Shown piece by piece: positions 31,034 to 40,222 of a stretch of 64,000 nucleotides of DNA. The stretch's first letter is position 1; every line of letters starts with the position of its first letter. The notes below the pieces were generated by a model. That model made no database searches, was not told the origin of the DNA, and saw nothing but the letters and a program-made list of their open reading frames with translations. Source of the stretch: Candidatus Cloacimonadales bacterium (GTDB lineage: Bacteria > Cloacimonadota > Cloacimonadia > Cloacimonadales > DAONDQ01); assembly GCA_963662275.1 (NCBI GenBank), contig OY759316.1:3136001-3200000 (forward strand), written 5' to 3'. Position numbers and translations under genes: made by a program.

Positions 31034-31094
31034 TCTCTTCATTCCGATAAATAGAATTCTAGATAAAAAACTACATTCAAAAGGAGACTGGTAC

Positions 31095-32063
31095 ATGAAA
31101 AGAATACCTCTTTTAATTCTACTATTGATACTTTGTTCCTGCGCTTTCTGTGAAAAGTCGTTTTGTGATCCTCTATATCAAGTATTAATCCTGAATAAGG
31201 ATGATACAACTTTCATCGGCTATATCAAAATCTATACAAAAAAGACTGATGGACATGAGAAAGAAATCAAATTGGGAGATGATATCCTGCCGTTGATCAA
31301 ACAGAACTACGCATCTGAAGAGCAGGTCAAGGTCTATACGAACATGATCACAAGCTTTGGATCAAATCTTTTTGAGAAAAGTGCCATTCAATATCATAAG
31401 GTAAGCCAGATGAAAAAGATCGTTGCTTTGCAAACCAGCGGTTTTAGTGGCGGTGCTTCTTATATTATGAGTGGCTCAGAACTGGATGAGGTTGAATACA
31501 GCATATTGAAGAATAAAATCTATTCCAAAATTGGGGGTTACCAGGGGTTAATACTGTTCAATACGAATCCGGCTATTACCCAGCTTGAACTTTACTTATA
31601 TACGCGACAGATACATACAGGAGAGTTATTGAATTCAGAAACTGGTGCTCACCCTTTTCTCTCCCATGACATGGAAAATAATATCAGTAGTATTTGCTGG
31701 GATATCCGTGATGGAAAAATTGAACAACTTGAGCTTATCATTGATACTCTCGAAAAATGCAGGTCATGCTGGTCTGCGATTGCAGATTCACTTAAAAATT
31801 GTGAAACGATACTGCCCAAAGACAGACTATACAATATCGCTGTTATGAAAGATGTGATTCTTTCGTGCGATAAGAAGCTCGAGGAATTAAAAGTCATCAG
31901 GGAAAAAGGGACTTATGTTGCTACTTTAGAAAAACGTGAACAAATGGCTTATGAGCTGTCTCATTGCATCTTTCCGGGTATAAGAATCATCAACAAATAC
32001 AATCAGCAGCAATGGTACGATTACCTGTTACAGAAGGGAATCGTAATGAAATTCATTTATTAA
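31095..32063 (+). CDS. Exported hypothetical protein, paralog 1
   Basis: AAGGAG RBS and signal peptide MKRIPLL; similar to the next ORF. Confidence 0.8.
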   Translation: MKRIPLLILLLILCSCAFCEKSFCDPLYQVLILNKDDTTFIGYIKIYTKKTDGHEKEIKLGDDILPLIKQNYASEEQVKVYTNMITSFGSNLFEKSAIQYHKVSQMKKIVALQTSGFSGGASYIMSGSELDEVEYSILKNKIYSKIGGYQGLILFNTNPAITQLELYLYTRQIHTGELLNSETGAHPFLSHDMENNISSICWDIRDGKIEQLELIIDTLEKCRSCWSAIADSLKNCETILPKDRLYNIAVMKDVILSCDKKLEELKVIREKGTYVATLEKREQMAYELSHCIFPGIRIINKYNQQQWYDYLLQKGIVMKFIY

Positions 32064-32076
32064 GGAGGAGTGCTAT

Positions 32077-33081
32077 ATGAAAAGATTTTATCTGTTTCTG
32101 TTACTCATCATCCTAAGTTCAACTGCTTGGGGAATTGGAGATATCCCTCCGTATGGCAAGAATTTGTATAAGGTATGCATCTTTAAAACTGATAACACGC
32201 AGACCATTGGTTACATTGAAGTGTATCCCAATCCTTCTGACCAGGAGTATTACAAAGGTCCTGAAAGAGTGCCGATCAAAAAGAATACAGATGTTTTGCC
32301 GTTATTACGAACAACCTATCAAAAGATCGATTCCCTGGAAGTCGATACCGAACTATATAAATATGGGGGAATGAATTTCATGATTGATTACTATAGAACT
32401 TACCTCCACTTCAACAAAATTAACAAGATAGTCACTTTGGAAGATACTGAACCGATGGGCTCAGGCACTATATTTGTAAATTACGGTTCACTTCTTTCAG
32501 GTGATGAGTATCATATACTTGAAGGTAAAACGAATCTCATGATGTATGGCTCATGCGGTGCATGTATTCTAAACGCAAACCCCGATTATGATAAGACTGA
32601 TATATATATGGTCGCTTGTTTCCTGGGCTATGATCCTGATATTGACCAACGATCTTTCCATCCCTTTCTGTCTTCTGAACAAATGGAAGATTTTGAAGCT
32701 AAAATGAGTGAATTTTGGGACGGCAATAACAAAAATAATGATATGTTCATAAAGACATTGACCCAATGCAAAAAAACTTGGTTGGAAATCGGCAAAAGAT
32801 TGGTTAACAACCAGATCATCGTACCGAAACAGAAAGCTGAGACAATCGCTAATCTCGATACTTTGGCAGCAGAATGTGATAATACGATCCTATTGATACA
32901 AGCGATCCAGAATCAAAAAAGCACTCAGCAAACAGCACAACAAATAACAGATATCTACTCAGCTATGAAGCATTGCATCTTCCCTAACCTCGCGCTTCCC
33001 AGTGATTTCGATGAAGAATTACTACCTCGCATTCTTCTGAAGAAAGGTGTTGTTGTGAAATATATGCATTATTACGATTGA
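32077..33081 (+). CDS. Exported hypothetical protein, paralog 2
   Basis: AGGAGG RBS and signal peptide; shares IGYI, HPFLS, HCIFP and LL.KG motifs with paralog 1. Confidence 0.8.
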   Translation: MKRFYLFLLLIILSSTAWGIGDIPPYGKNLYKVCIFKTDNTQTIGYIEVYPNPSDQEYYKGPERVPIKKNTDVLPLLRTTYQKIDSLEVDTELYKYGGMNFMIDYYRTYLHFNKINKIVTLEDTEPMGSGTIFVNYGSLLSGDEYHILEGKTNLMMYGSCGACILNANPDYDKTDIYMVACFLGYDPDIDQRSFHPFLSSEQMEDFEAKMSEFWDGNNKNNDMFIKTLTQCKKTWLEIGKRLVNNQIIVPKQKAETIANLDTLAAECDNTILLIQAIQNQKSTQQTAQQITDIYSAMKHCIFPNLALPSDFDEELLPRILLKKGVVVKYMHYYD

Positions 33082-33244
33082 TTGCTCTTATTTTAATGAA
33101 ACCGAGAACTGGAACGCTGATTTCCCCCTTGGTAAAAGACCTTTTCTTCTCCCCCCTTGGGAAAGGACCTTTTTCTTCTCCCCCCTTGGGAAGGGGGGTA
33201 GGGGGGTCATTCTTCTTCCTCTCAACCCTCTGCACCATTCAAAA

Positions 33245-34369
33245 TTAATCCAGCAGCATCTCCAGATAGTTCTCAGGATTCACCGTCATAAAAGCAGAAG
33301 CAGGATAAGCATTCTTAAAAGAAAGCGGTAGTTTAGCTTTTTTACCAGGATTCCATTTCAGGTCAAAAGCGCTCATTTTAGTACTGTCTATTTCAATGAG
33401 ATCTATTTCCTGTTGAGAAGTAGTACGCCAAAAGTAGTGCTCAAACGTGGCACGTTTGTTAAGCATGAGCTTCCTTCTTTCTGTAATGAAGTAATTCTCC
33501 CAAAGAGCACCTGTATCTGTGCGGAGTTCAAGACTATTGAAATTACCTATCAAAGCATTCCTGATACCTGTATCCCAAAAATATATCTTATTTGCTCTTT
33601 TCAGTTCATTCCGCAGATTCTTACTGTAAGAGTTGAGTTTATAGATGATGAAGCACTGTTCCAGCAAACCAATGTAACGTTCAACCGTTTTCTTATCCAT
33701 CCCGATCGTATTTGCCAACTCCTGGTATGAAACTTCATGACCTATTTGAAGAGCCAGGGCAATGAGCAATTTCTTCATTAAATCAGGTCGTTTTATATCC
33801 TGAAAAACTAATATATCTTTGAACAGATAGCTTCCTGCCAGTTCCTTCACTATTTCTTCAGCCATTTGCGGTTTCAGATATACTTCCGGATAATTCCCAT
33901 ATATGAGTCTTTGTGGAAGATCGCTTTTAACTGATTTGATACCTTCATAGTGATACATTTCTTCTGTTGAGAGTGAAGGTACGATAAATTCGAACTTGCG
34001 ACCGGTAAGCGGTTCGTTGATATAGTTAGACAGATCGAGGGAAGAGGAACCGGTTACAATAACCTGCAAATCTGGAAGTGCATCAATGATTGCTTTCAGA
34101 GATATGCCAATATTGTGGACACGCTGTGCTTCATCGATCAAGAGATAATCATATCTGCTGAATCTCAAGATAATATCCTGCTGTGACTTAACATTGAGCA
34201 GCTCTTGCCCGTCACTCAAATCACAGTTAACATATAGATAGTTGGACATGGTCTCAGCAAGGGCATTCAATATCGTTGTTTTACCCGTTCTTCTTGGTCC
34301 ATAGATAATGATTGCCCGGTTCTGATGCATAAAACCTGGTATCAATCCAAGTAAAGTTCTCTTGATCAT
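33245..34369 (-). CDS. AAA_14 + DUF4143-type ATP-binding protein
   Basis: GPRRTGKT, IDEAQ, TGSSS, EPLTGRK, KIYFWDTGIRN, YFWRT..QEIDL. Confidence 0.9.
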   Translation of the reverse strand: MIKRTLLGLIPGFMHQNRAIIIYGPRRTGKTTILNALAETMSNYLYVNCDLSDGQELLNVKSQQDIILRFSRYDYLLIDEAQRVHNIGISLKAIIDALPDLQVIVTGSSSLDLSNYINEPLTGRKFEFIVPSLSTEEMYHYEGIKSVKSDLPQRLIYGNYPEVYLKPQMAEEIVKELAGSYLFKDILVFQDIKRPDLMKKLLIALALQIGHEVSYQELANTIGMDKKTVERYIGLLEQCFIIYKLNSYSKNLRNELKRANKIYFWDTGIRNALIGNFNSLELRTDTGALWENYFITERRKLMLNKRATFEHYFWRTTSQQEIDLIEIDSTKMSAFDLKWNPGKKAKLPLSFKNAYPASAFMTVNPENYLEMLLD

Positions 34370-34740
34370 ATTCTTACCTCATATCAAAAAATGATCATGT
34401 AAGAATCAATGTCAAGTAATAATATGTAATTTAGGGATTGCACTCCCTAATTTATCATGTATTTCAGGGAGTGAAATCACCAATATATAGATATTCGATT
34501 GATAATAAATCAACTAAACTTGAACTGGAGCGATGATTTCTTATCCCTAAGGAATGGATTAGTTTCTTCCCAACTTGTAAAAGTGAGGACTTCTCCCCCC
34601 TTGGGAAGGGGGGTAGGGGGGTCAATCTGCCTCTGCCCCATTCATAATTAATCCAGCAACCTCGGAATTCGGTAGTTATTTCTTCAGGAATGGTAAAGAT
34701 TACTTCAGGAATGGTAAAGATTACTTCAGGAATCTTCTGC

Positions 34741-36633
34741 GGAGATGTCCCGAAACTAAATGATAGAAAAATAGCAACTATTAAATATTAATCATATTAC
34801 TTGACATATTGTTATAGGGTGTATTGTTGCCTTTAAAAACTAAGCATAGAGAGAATTATGAATTTCAGAGAGCACAATCCGAATCAGGGGACACTCTATG
34901 GACTTAATATTGAAGAGAGAATACCTCCCCAGCACATGGTTCGTTATGTTAACGATGTCGTTGAGCAACTGGACTTATCTGAGCTATACACAAGATACTC
35001 TGATGAAGGTACACCTGCTTATCATCCCAAGATGATGTTGAAGATCATTGTGTATGCCTATATCAATGGTATTTATACCTGTCGGAAGATAGCTAAGGCT
35101 GTTCGGGAGAACATCAATTTTATCTGGCTGGCAGGAGAACAGGAACCTGATTTCAGAACGATCAACACCTTTGCCTGGACTAAGTGTTCTGATATTCTTA
35201 TTGATGTATTTTATCAGGTAGTACTGAAAGCATCATCATTAGGATATCTTGATCTCGACACCTGTTTTGTTGACGGGACGACGATTCACGCAAATGCCGG
35301 CAAGAATTCCTACATCTGGAAAAGCAATGCGCTTCGTTATCAGGAACTGGTCAAGACACGAGTTGAGGGATTGTTTAAAAAGATCGAGGAATATAATCAG
35401 GAAGAGCAACAGCAATATGGAACCGCTGATCTTCTTGAGCTTGGTGAGCAATTGCATGCGGTTGAATCAGAGAAAACTGCTACAGTCGCATCTGAACAGA
35501 TCAGAGATAGACTGGTCTCAGCAGAAAACAAGCTGAAAGAAGCAATGTCCCGACTACAGAAAAATCATCCGTCAGATACTCGGGCTATCAAGAAAATCAA
35601 ATCTCTTTTGCGCGAAATCTCCAAATCAAAGAGCAATGATATAACTAAGCTGGAGAAATATGAGCAACAGCTTGAGATAATTGGAGAAGGACGCAGCAGC
35701 ACATCCAAGACTGATAATGATGCCACATTTATGCGATTGAAAAATGGACAGCTGGCACCGGGTTATGTTGCCAGTATCGGAACTTCAGAGCAATTTGTCA
35801 CAGGCATTCACTTATTCAATATCCCTAAAGAAACCGTTGAATTTCCCAATCTCATGGAGCAAATGCATGATGAATTGGGACAATATCCTACCGACGTTGT
35901 TGGAGATGCTGCCTATGGCACTGCGCTGAATTTGAATTATGCTGCTGAAAAAGAGATAACAAGCTATCTCAAGACCCAGGATTATAAGAGAGATTATCGG
36001 GACTCTCTTCTGACAGGCTTCAGCTATGATGAGGAGCATGATGAGTGGGTCTGTCAATTTAATCGGAGACTGGTCAAAATCAAGGAAGAAGAGACAGAGA
36101 AGAACGGTCCGAAACGAATCGTGAAAACCTATATATGTAATGACTGCAGAGAATGTCCTCACAATAAAAAGTGTATTCCCTACAAGGATAAAACTCATAA
36201 ATCACTGACCTACGATCCTCATATAGCTCCACTAAAACGTCAGACAGTCAATAATCTGCTTTCTGAAAAAGGCGACAAGCTGAGAAAGCAAAGAGGCATC
36301 GAACCGGAGGCTGTATTTGCTTTCATGAAGTGGAACAGGAAGTTTGAGAGATTTACTGTCCGTTCATTGAGAAAATGCAAGGAACAGTTATCCCTCCTCT
36401 TTTTAGGACATAATATAGGGAAAATGTTTCTGCACTTACAAAATACTGAAGGAAAAGCCTGATGAAGACTCTTCCTACCAGAATTCAAACATGAATTAGG
36501 TAAATATTACTCCGTTTTTCCTTGTCTTTGCATCGCTTTTCGGAAACTATTGAGTAATTTAGTTTGCCTGTAAAAACAATCACATATTTTACAACAGAAG
36601 AAAATAAAATCATGCTAGTTTCGGGACATCTCC
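34741..36633 (+). mobile_element. Complete IS1182-family insertion sequence
   Basis: Perfect 18-bp TIRs GGAGATGTCCCGAAACTA (34741) / TAGTTTCGGGACATCTCC (36616..36633). No clear target duplication. Confidence 0.92.
34858..36462 (+). CDS. IS1182-family transposase
   Basis: PAYHPKMMLK N-terminal domain, VDGTTIHANA, KTDNDATFM, GDAAYG, Cys cluster, EAVFAFMK. Confidence 0.93.
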   Translation: MNFREHNPNQGTLYGLNIEERIPPQHMVRYVNDVVEQLDLSELYTRYSDEGTPAYHPKMMLKIIVYAYINGIYTCRKIAKAVRENINFIWLAGEQEPDFRTINTFAWTKCSDILIDVFYQVVLKASSLGYLDLDTCFVDGTTIHANAGKNSYIWKSNALRYQELVKTRVEGLFKKIEEYNQEEQQQYGTADLLELGEQLHAVESEKTATVASEQIRDRLVSAENKLKEAMSRLQKNHPSDTRAIKKIKSLLREISKSKSNDITKLEKYEQQLEIIGEGRSSTSKTDNDATFMRLKNGQLAPGYVASIGTSEQFVTGIHLFNIPKETVEFPNLMEQMHDELGQYPTDVVGDAAYGTALNLNYAAEKEITSYLKTQDYKRDYRDSLLTGFSYDEEHDEWVCQFNRRLVKIKEEETEKNGPKRIVKTYICNDCRECPHNKKCIPYKDKTHKSLTYDPHIAPLKRQTVNNLLSEKGDKLRKQRGIEPEAVFAFMKWNRKFERFTVRSLRKCKEQLSLLFLGHNIGKMFLHLQNTEGKA

Positions 36634-36854
36634 GTCAATCCAACAGAGCAATCAACGCCTGAAGTCATTTCCACCAAGCCTTAAGGATGAGCTACCGACA
36701 GTAGTTATCTCTTTATGAGTGGTAGTGGTTTCTTCAGGACTCTTCCTCCATTGAAACAACAACTTTAGTCGTTGGCAGGTTTGAAACATCAAATACAACT
36801 CATTTCGGAAAGTAGAGTCGAGACATTTGGTATTGAATAGTTTAACAAGAAATA

Positions 36855-37601
36855 TCATCTTTTTATTAAATGTTGTATCCATCTTAACATACTAAGAATT
36901 ATTTGAAAGAAACTCTTTTTATGAACTTTCGGTATGACTAGTGGTGGTTCAGGTAAATCTTCTTTTAGATGTAATTGTTTATCATTTTTTTCCCCAGGTT
37001 GTTTTGGCTGCTGTGTTATAATAAACTTGTCCATTTGTGGTGATTTAGGCTTTTCCTGTTTTGGTTCCGTTTGATTGACTTGCTTTTCCTGTTTAAAAAC
37101 TGGTTTGATCTGTTGTTTTAAAAATGAATCTAAAATCAGAACATCAAAATCATTAAATAACTGCTCGACAGCTTTCTTTATTATTTTGGAGTATTGCTCG
37201 GGAGAATTGATAATATCACTCCATAAGAATGACGTTTTATGAAAAACCTCTGTGAATCTTATTTCCTTAAGATCGTAATCATTTGTTGAATTGACGATGG
37301 TACGTACTCTTTCTACAAAGCCACTTTTATTGACGGTAATATTTCTAACTACTTTTTCTGGAATATTCGGTAATTTATGATAAGTATCAAAATGGAAAAT
37401 ATAATAAATTATACATTTTCCATCATTGTTACTTAACTGCCCTACACAGACATGAAATATAGCATGATATTCTGAAATTTCAGGTCTGGATATTTCTATC
37501 CAATAGTCCTTACTTCTAGGGCGAACAAGATGGTCTCTTGTTGTATAATTTGCCTTTTTAAAACGATTTTCCATTTGTTTCAAAAACTCTTTTGGTTCCA
37601 T
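36855..37601 (-). CDS. Hypothetical protein with P/Q/K-rich linker and amphipathic C-terminal helix
   Basis: AGGAGG RBS, 248-aa ORF; no recognised family. Confidence 0.7.
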   Translation of the reverse strand: MEPKEFLKQMENRFKKANYTTRDHLVRPRSKDYWIEISRPEISEYHAIFHVCVGQLSNNDGKCIIYYIFHFDTYHKLPNIPEKVVRNITVNKSGFVERVRTIVNSTNDYDLKEIRFTEVFHKTSFLWSDIINSPEQYSKIIKKAVEQLFNDFDVLILDSFLKQQIKPVFKQEKQVNQTEPKQEKPKSPQMDKFIITQQPKQPGEKNDKQLHLKEDLPEPPLVIPKVHKKSFFQIILSMLRWIQHLIKR

Positions 37602-37834
37602 GTCGCTCCTCCTAAAGCTAATTCACTTTTAGCTTTATATATTACTTTTTGGATTTCTAAAATCTCTTCTTATTATTTATCTTGCATTATTTATTGCTTA
37701 CCTGTGTCCAAATAGCTGGTTATCTATGCGATTAGGTTCTTTCTGTATTTCTTCAATCTACAAGTTAATTCATACAATAGTCTTTTCTATATATTCTATC
37801 ATCGTATATCAATCCAAACGATATCTTAGCAAAA

Positions 37835-40042
37835 CTACTCCGCAATCCTGCAAACACGAAAGCCAAAAATATTAGCGATTTCCGTTGCATTGCTTCCTCC
37901 TCGATCCAAAACGTCGCATCCGTAATAGCTTCTCCAACTACCGCCTCGAGACACTATGTGGTTACCACTTTCATATCCATGTGGATTAGATTGATCTCTT
38001 AATGGAGGATAATACCCATAGCCTTCCCAACAGATATCCCAACACCATTCATATACATTACCGCTCATGTCAAACAATCCTAATTCATTCGCAAGTTTCT
38101 TTCCGACAGGATGGGTTATCTTAAGTGAATTTTTATCGTACCAAGCAACAGTGTTAATATCATTACTTCCACTATATTTATAATTATGTGTCTGATTACC
38201 GCCCCGAGCAGCATATTCCCATTCAGATTCAGTTGGAAGACGATAACCATTGGCTGTCCAATTACAAGAAACTTTTAAAAGTTTATCATTATGTTTATTC
38301 CATCCTGCTGGCCAAGTCGCAATATCTGTGCTAAATTTATCATAACTATAACACATCGTTAAACCTTCATTCATACTCCTTCGATTGCAATATTCAATAG
38401 CATTAAACCACGATACATTTTCAACAGGGAGGTTGATATTACTCTTAAAACTAGATGGGTTATTACCCATAACAGCTTTCCATTCAAGTTGAGTAACTTC
38501 ATATTTGCTCAGGAAGAAGGATGAAACAGTTACTTTGGAAGTACCACTAATAAATGATCCTCCTTCGACTAAAACAAATCCTTCAGGAACATCACGACCC
38601 TTCACCAAATGCAAATCCAACGTGGTTGTTTTATTTTCTTCAATTAATACATCTACTGTTTTTGTTTTATAGCCCACTGCTTTAGCTTGCACTGTATATT
38701 TTCCAATTTGAAGATTAGTTATAGTCTTTACTCCAGTCCAATTCTGAATTGATTCATCGCCTTTCATTAAAACAACAGTAGCATCCAAAGGAGTAACAGA
38801 AAACTGTAAGCCACCAGTAATCTGTTGAAGAGTGATATTTTTGGTATATACGCCACCTAATGCAATTTCATTTTTTTCCGTTTGCGGATAATAACCAGCC
38901 ATTTCAACATCAAAATTGTATTTACCAGGTGCTAACTCGATTGCTCTTTGCGTATTGTAATTAGAACCGTTTATAATTACTTGAGCATCATGCGGACTAA
39001 TAGTTAGATTAATAATGCCGGTATTTTTAGTTAAAGCAAAATCAAGTTTTTGAGTTTCTCCTAATTTTAGATTAACGGTTTCTTTCTTACTCAAGTATTC
39101 TGGTTTGGATACTTCTATTTCGTATAGACTTGGTGGCAATTCCAACCTTCTTTCGGTTCTTTCTGAACCATTCACTTTGACTTTAGCATCTGAGGGATTA
39201 ACCGTCAAATCTATGAATCCAGTATTTTTAATCAAGTTACCACTAAATGTGTTTGCTCCATTCTCTTTTATTTCGATATTCTGCTCCCAATCCAAATAGG
39301 AACTTCTTGTCAGTTTTAATGTGTATTTCCCCGGGTAATAGAATAACTCCTTATCCGTTTCTCCAACCAATTGATTATTTATATAAATTGATGCACCAGT
39401 AGGGTTCGATTTTACAATAATTGGCAATACTTTGATTCCCTGCATTTTGGGCATATTGATTAATGGTGTTTCTTTAGTAACTTTAATAATCTGCTCTAAT
39501 ACTTTAAAGCCATCTTTTTGCAATAGAAGTTTATGTTCACCAATCGTAAGGGGAAAGCTACTCGCTGTGCCCAGATTCACCCCATCCACCCATTTCTCTG
39601 CATCTGGGGGATCACTTATGATAGCAAAAGGAATCGTCTCATGTTCTGAGAAATTCTGCAGAATCAATTCATAGCAGCGTTTTTCTTTCACATCGATTCC
39701 ATATTCATTCAGCAGATTGACTTGGATGGTTTCATAGGCTGGAGCACCAATTTCCACAGAACGCTGCGATACATTCAGATAACATTTCCAGTATCCATGC
39801 ATTTTGTCATAAACAGGTGCATGCTTCGTTGGACGGCTCACATTCTGAAACTGAATACTCTCCAGATTTGTTTTTACTATTAAAAGAGGTGCCAGCTTAC
39901 CATCGGCATCATATTTCTCCAGTTGCAGATCAGTATCGGGAAGAGCTTTTAAACTCTCCACTTTCAGTGTGCCAAGGGCAAAGCAATTTAGAGCAATTAG
40001 AGATAACATAATTAAAAACAGATGTTTCAGAGTAACCTCCAA
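37835..40042 (-). CDS. PEGA-repeat protein with C-terminal FGE-sulfatase (SUMF1, C-type lectin fold) domain
   Basis: Several PEGA repeats (SDPPDA, SNPTGA, VNPSDA); YEVT, YRLPTESEWEYAARGG, DMSGNVYEWC, RGGSW, GFRV. Confidence 0.9.
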   Translation of the reverse strand: MEVTLKHLFLIMLSLIALNCFALGTLKVESLKALPDTDLQLEKYDADGKLAPLLIVKTNLESIQFQNVSRPTKHAPVYDKMHGYWKCYLNVSQRSVEIGAPAYETIQVNLLNEYGIDVKEKRCYELILQNFSEHETIPFAIISDPPDAEKWVDGVNLGTASSFPLTIGEHKLLLQKDGFKVLEQIIKVTKETPLINMPKMQGIKVLPIIVKSNPTGASIYINNQLVGETDKELFYYPGKYTLKLTRSSYLDWEQNIEIKENGANTFSGNLIKNTGFIDLTVNPSDAKVKVNGSERTERRLELPPSLYEIEVSKPEYLSKKETVNLKLGETQKLDFALTKNTGIINLTISPHDAQVIINGSNYNTQRAIELAPGKYNFDVEMAGYYPQTEKNEIALGGVYTKNITLQQITGGLQFSVTPLDATVVLMKGDESIQNWTGVKTITNLQIGKYTVQAKAVGYKTKTVDVLIEENKTTTLDLHLVKGRDVPEGFVLVEGGSFISGTSKVTVSSFFLSKYEVTQLEWKAVMGNNPSSFKSNINLPVENVSWFNAIEYCNRRSMNEGLTMCYSYDKFSTDIATWPAGWNKHNDKLLKVSCNWTANGYRLPTESEWEYAARGGNQTHNYKYSGSNDINTVAWYDKNSLKITHPVGKKLANELGLFDMSGNVYEWCWDICWEGYGYYPPLRDQSNPHGYESGNHIVSRGGSWRSYYGCDVLDRGGSNATEIANIFGFRVCRIAE

Positions 40043-40084
40043 GAAGAGAAGCTATTATTTAAATTCTATTTAATGATTAGTTTT

Positions 40085-40222
40085 GGTGATTACTTCAGGA
40101 ATCGTGGCAGCCTCGTTTACGTTGCTTTTCTCCAGATGGAAGAGAATCCGACATCTGAAGAAGTCTCCACATAGCCTAAAGGAATTGCCACATCAGAACA
40201 TACCTGAAGGATGCGCTACCAA
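40085..40222 (+). repeat. About 135-bp GTAG-type composite repeat (inverted copy at about 42650..42790)
   Basis: GGTGATTACTTCAGGAATCGTGGCAGCCTCGTTTACGTTGCTTTTCT...AGCCTAAAGGA matches the reverse complement of the 42.7-kb copy. Confidence 0.8.

Noticed and set aside
31011..31094. N-terminal extension MGRGVGGS of the track ORF
   Set aside because: It derives from the C/G palindrome. The RBS and signal peptide indicate a start at 31095.
37835..38050. DGR variable region in the FGE-sulfatase C-terminus
   Set aside because: No reverse transcriptase, avd or template repeat was seen in the window, and the codons do not show a clear AAY-derived pattern. A remote DGR cannot be excluded.
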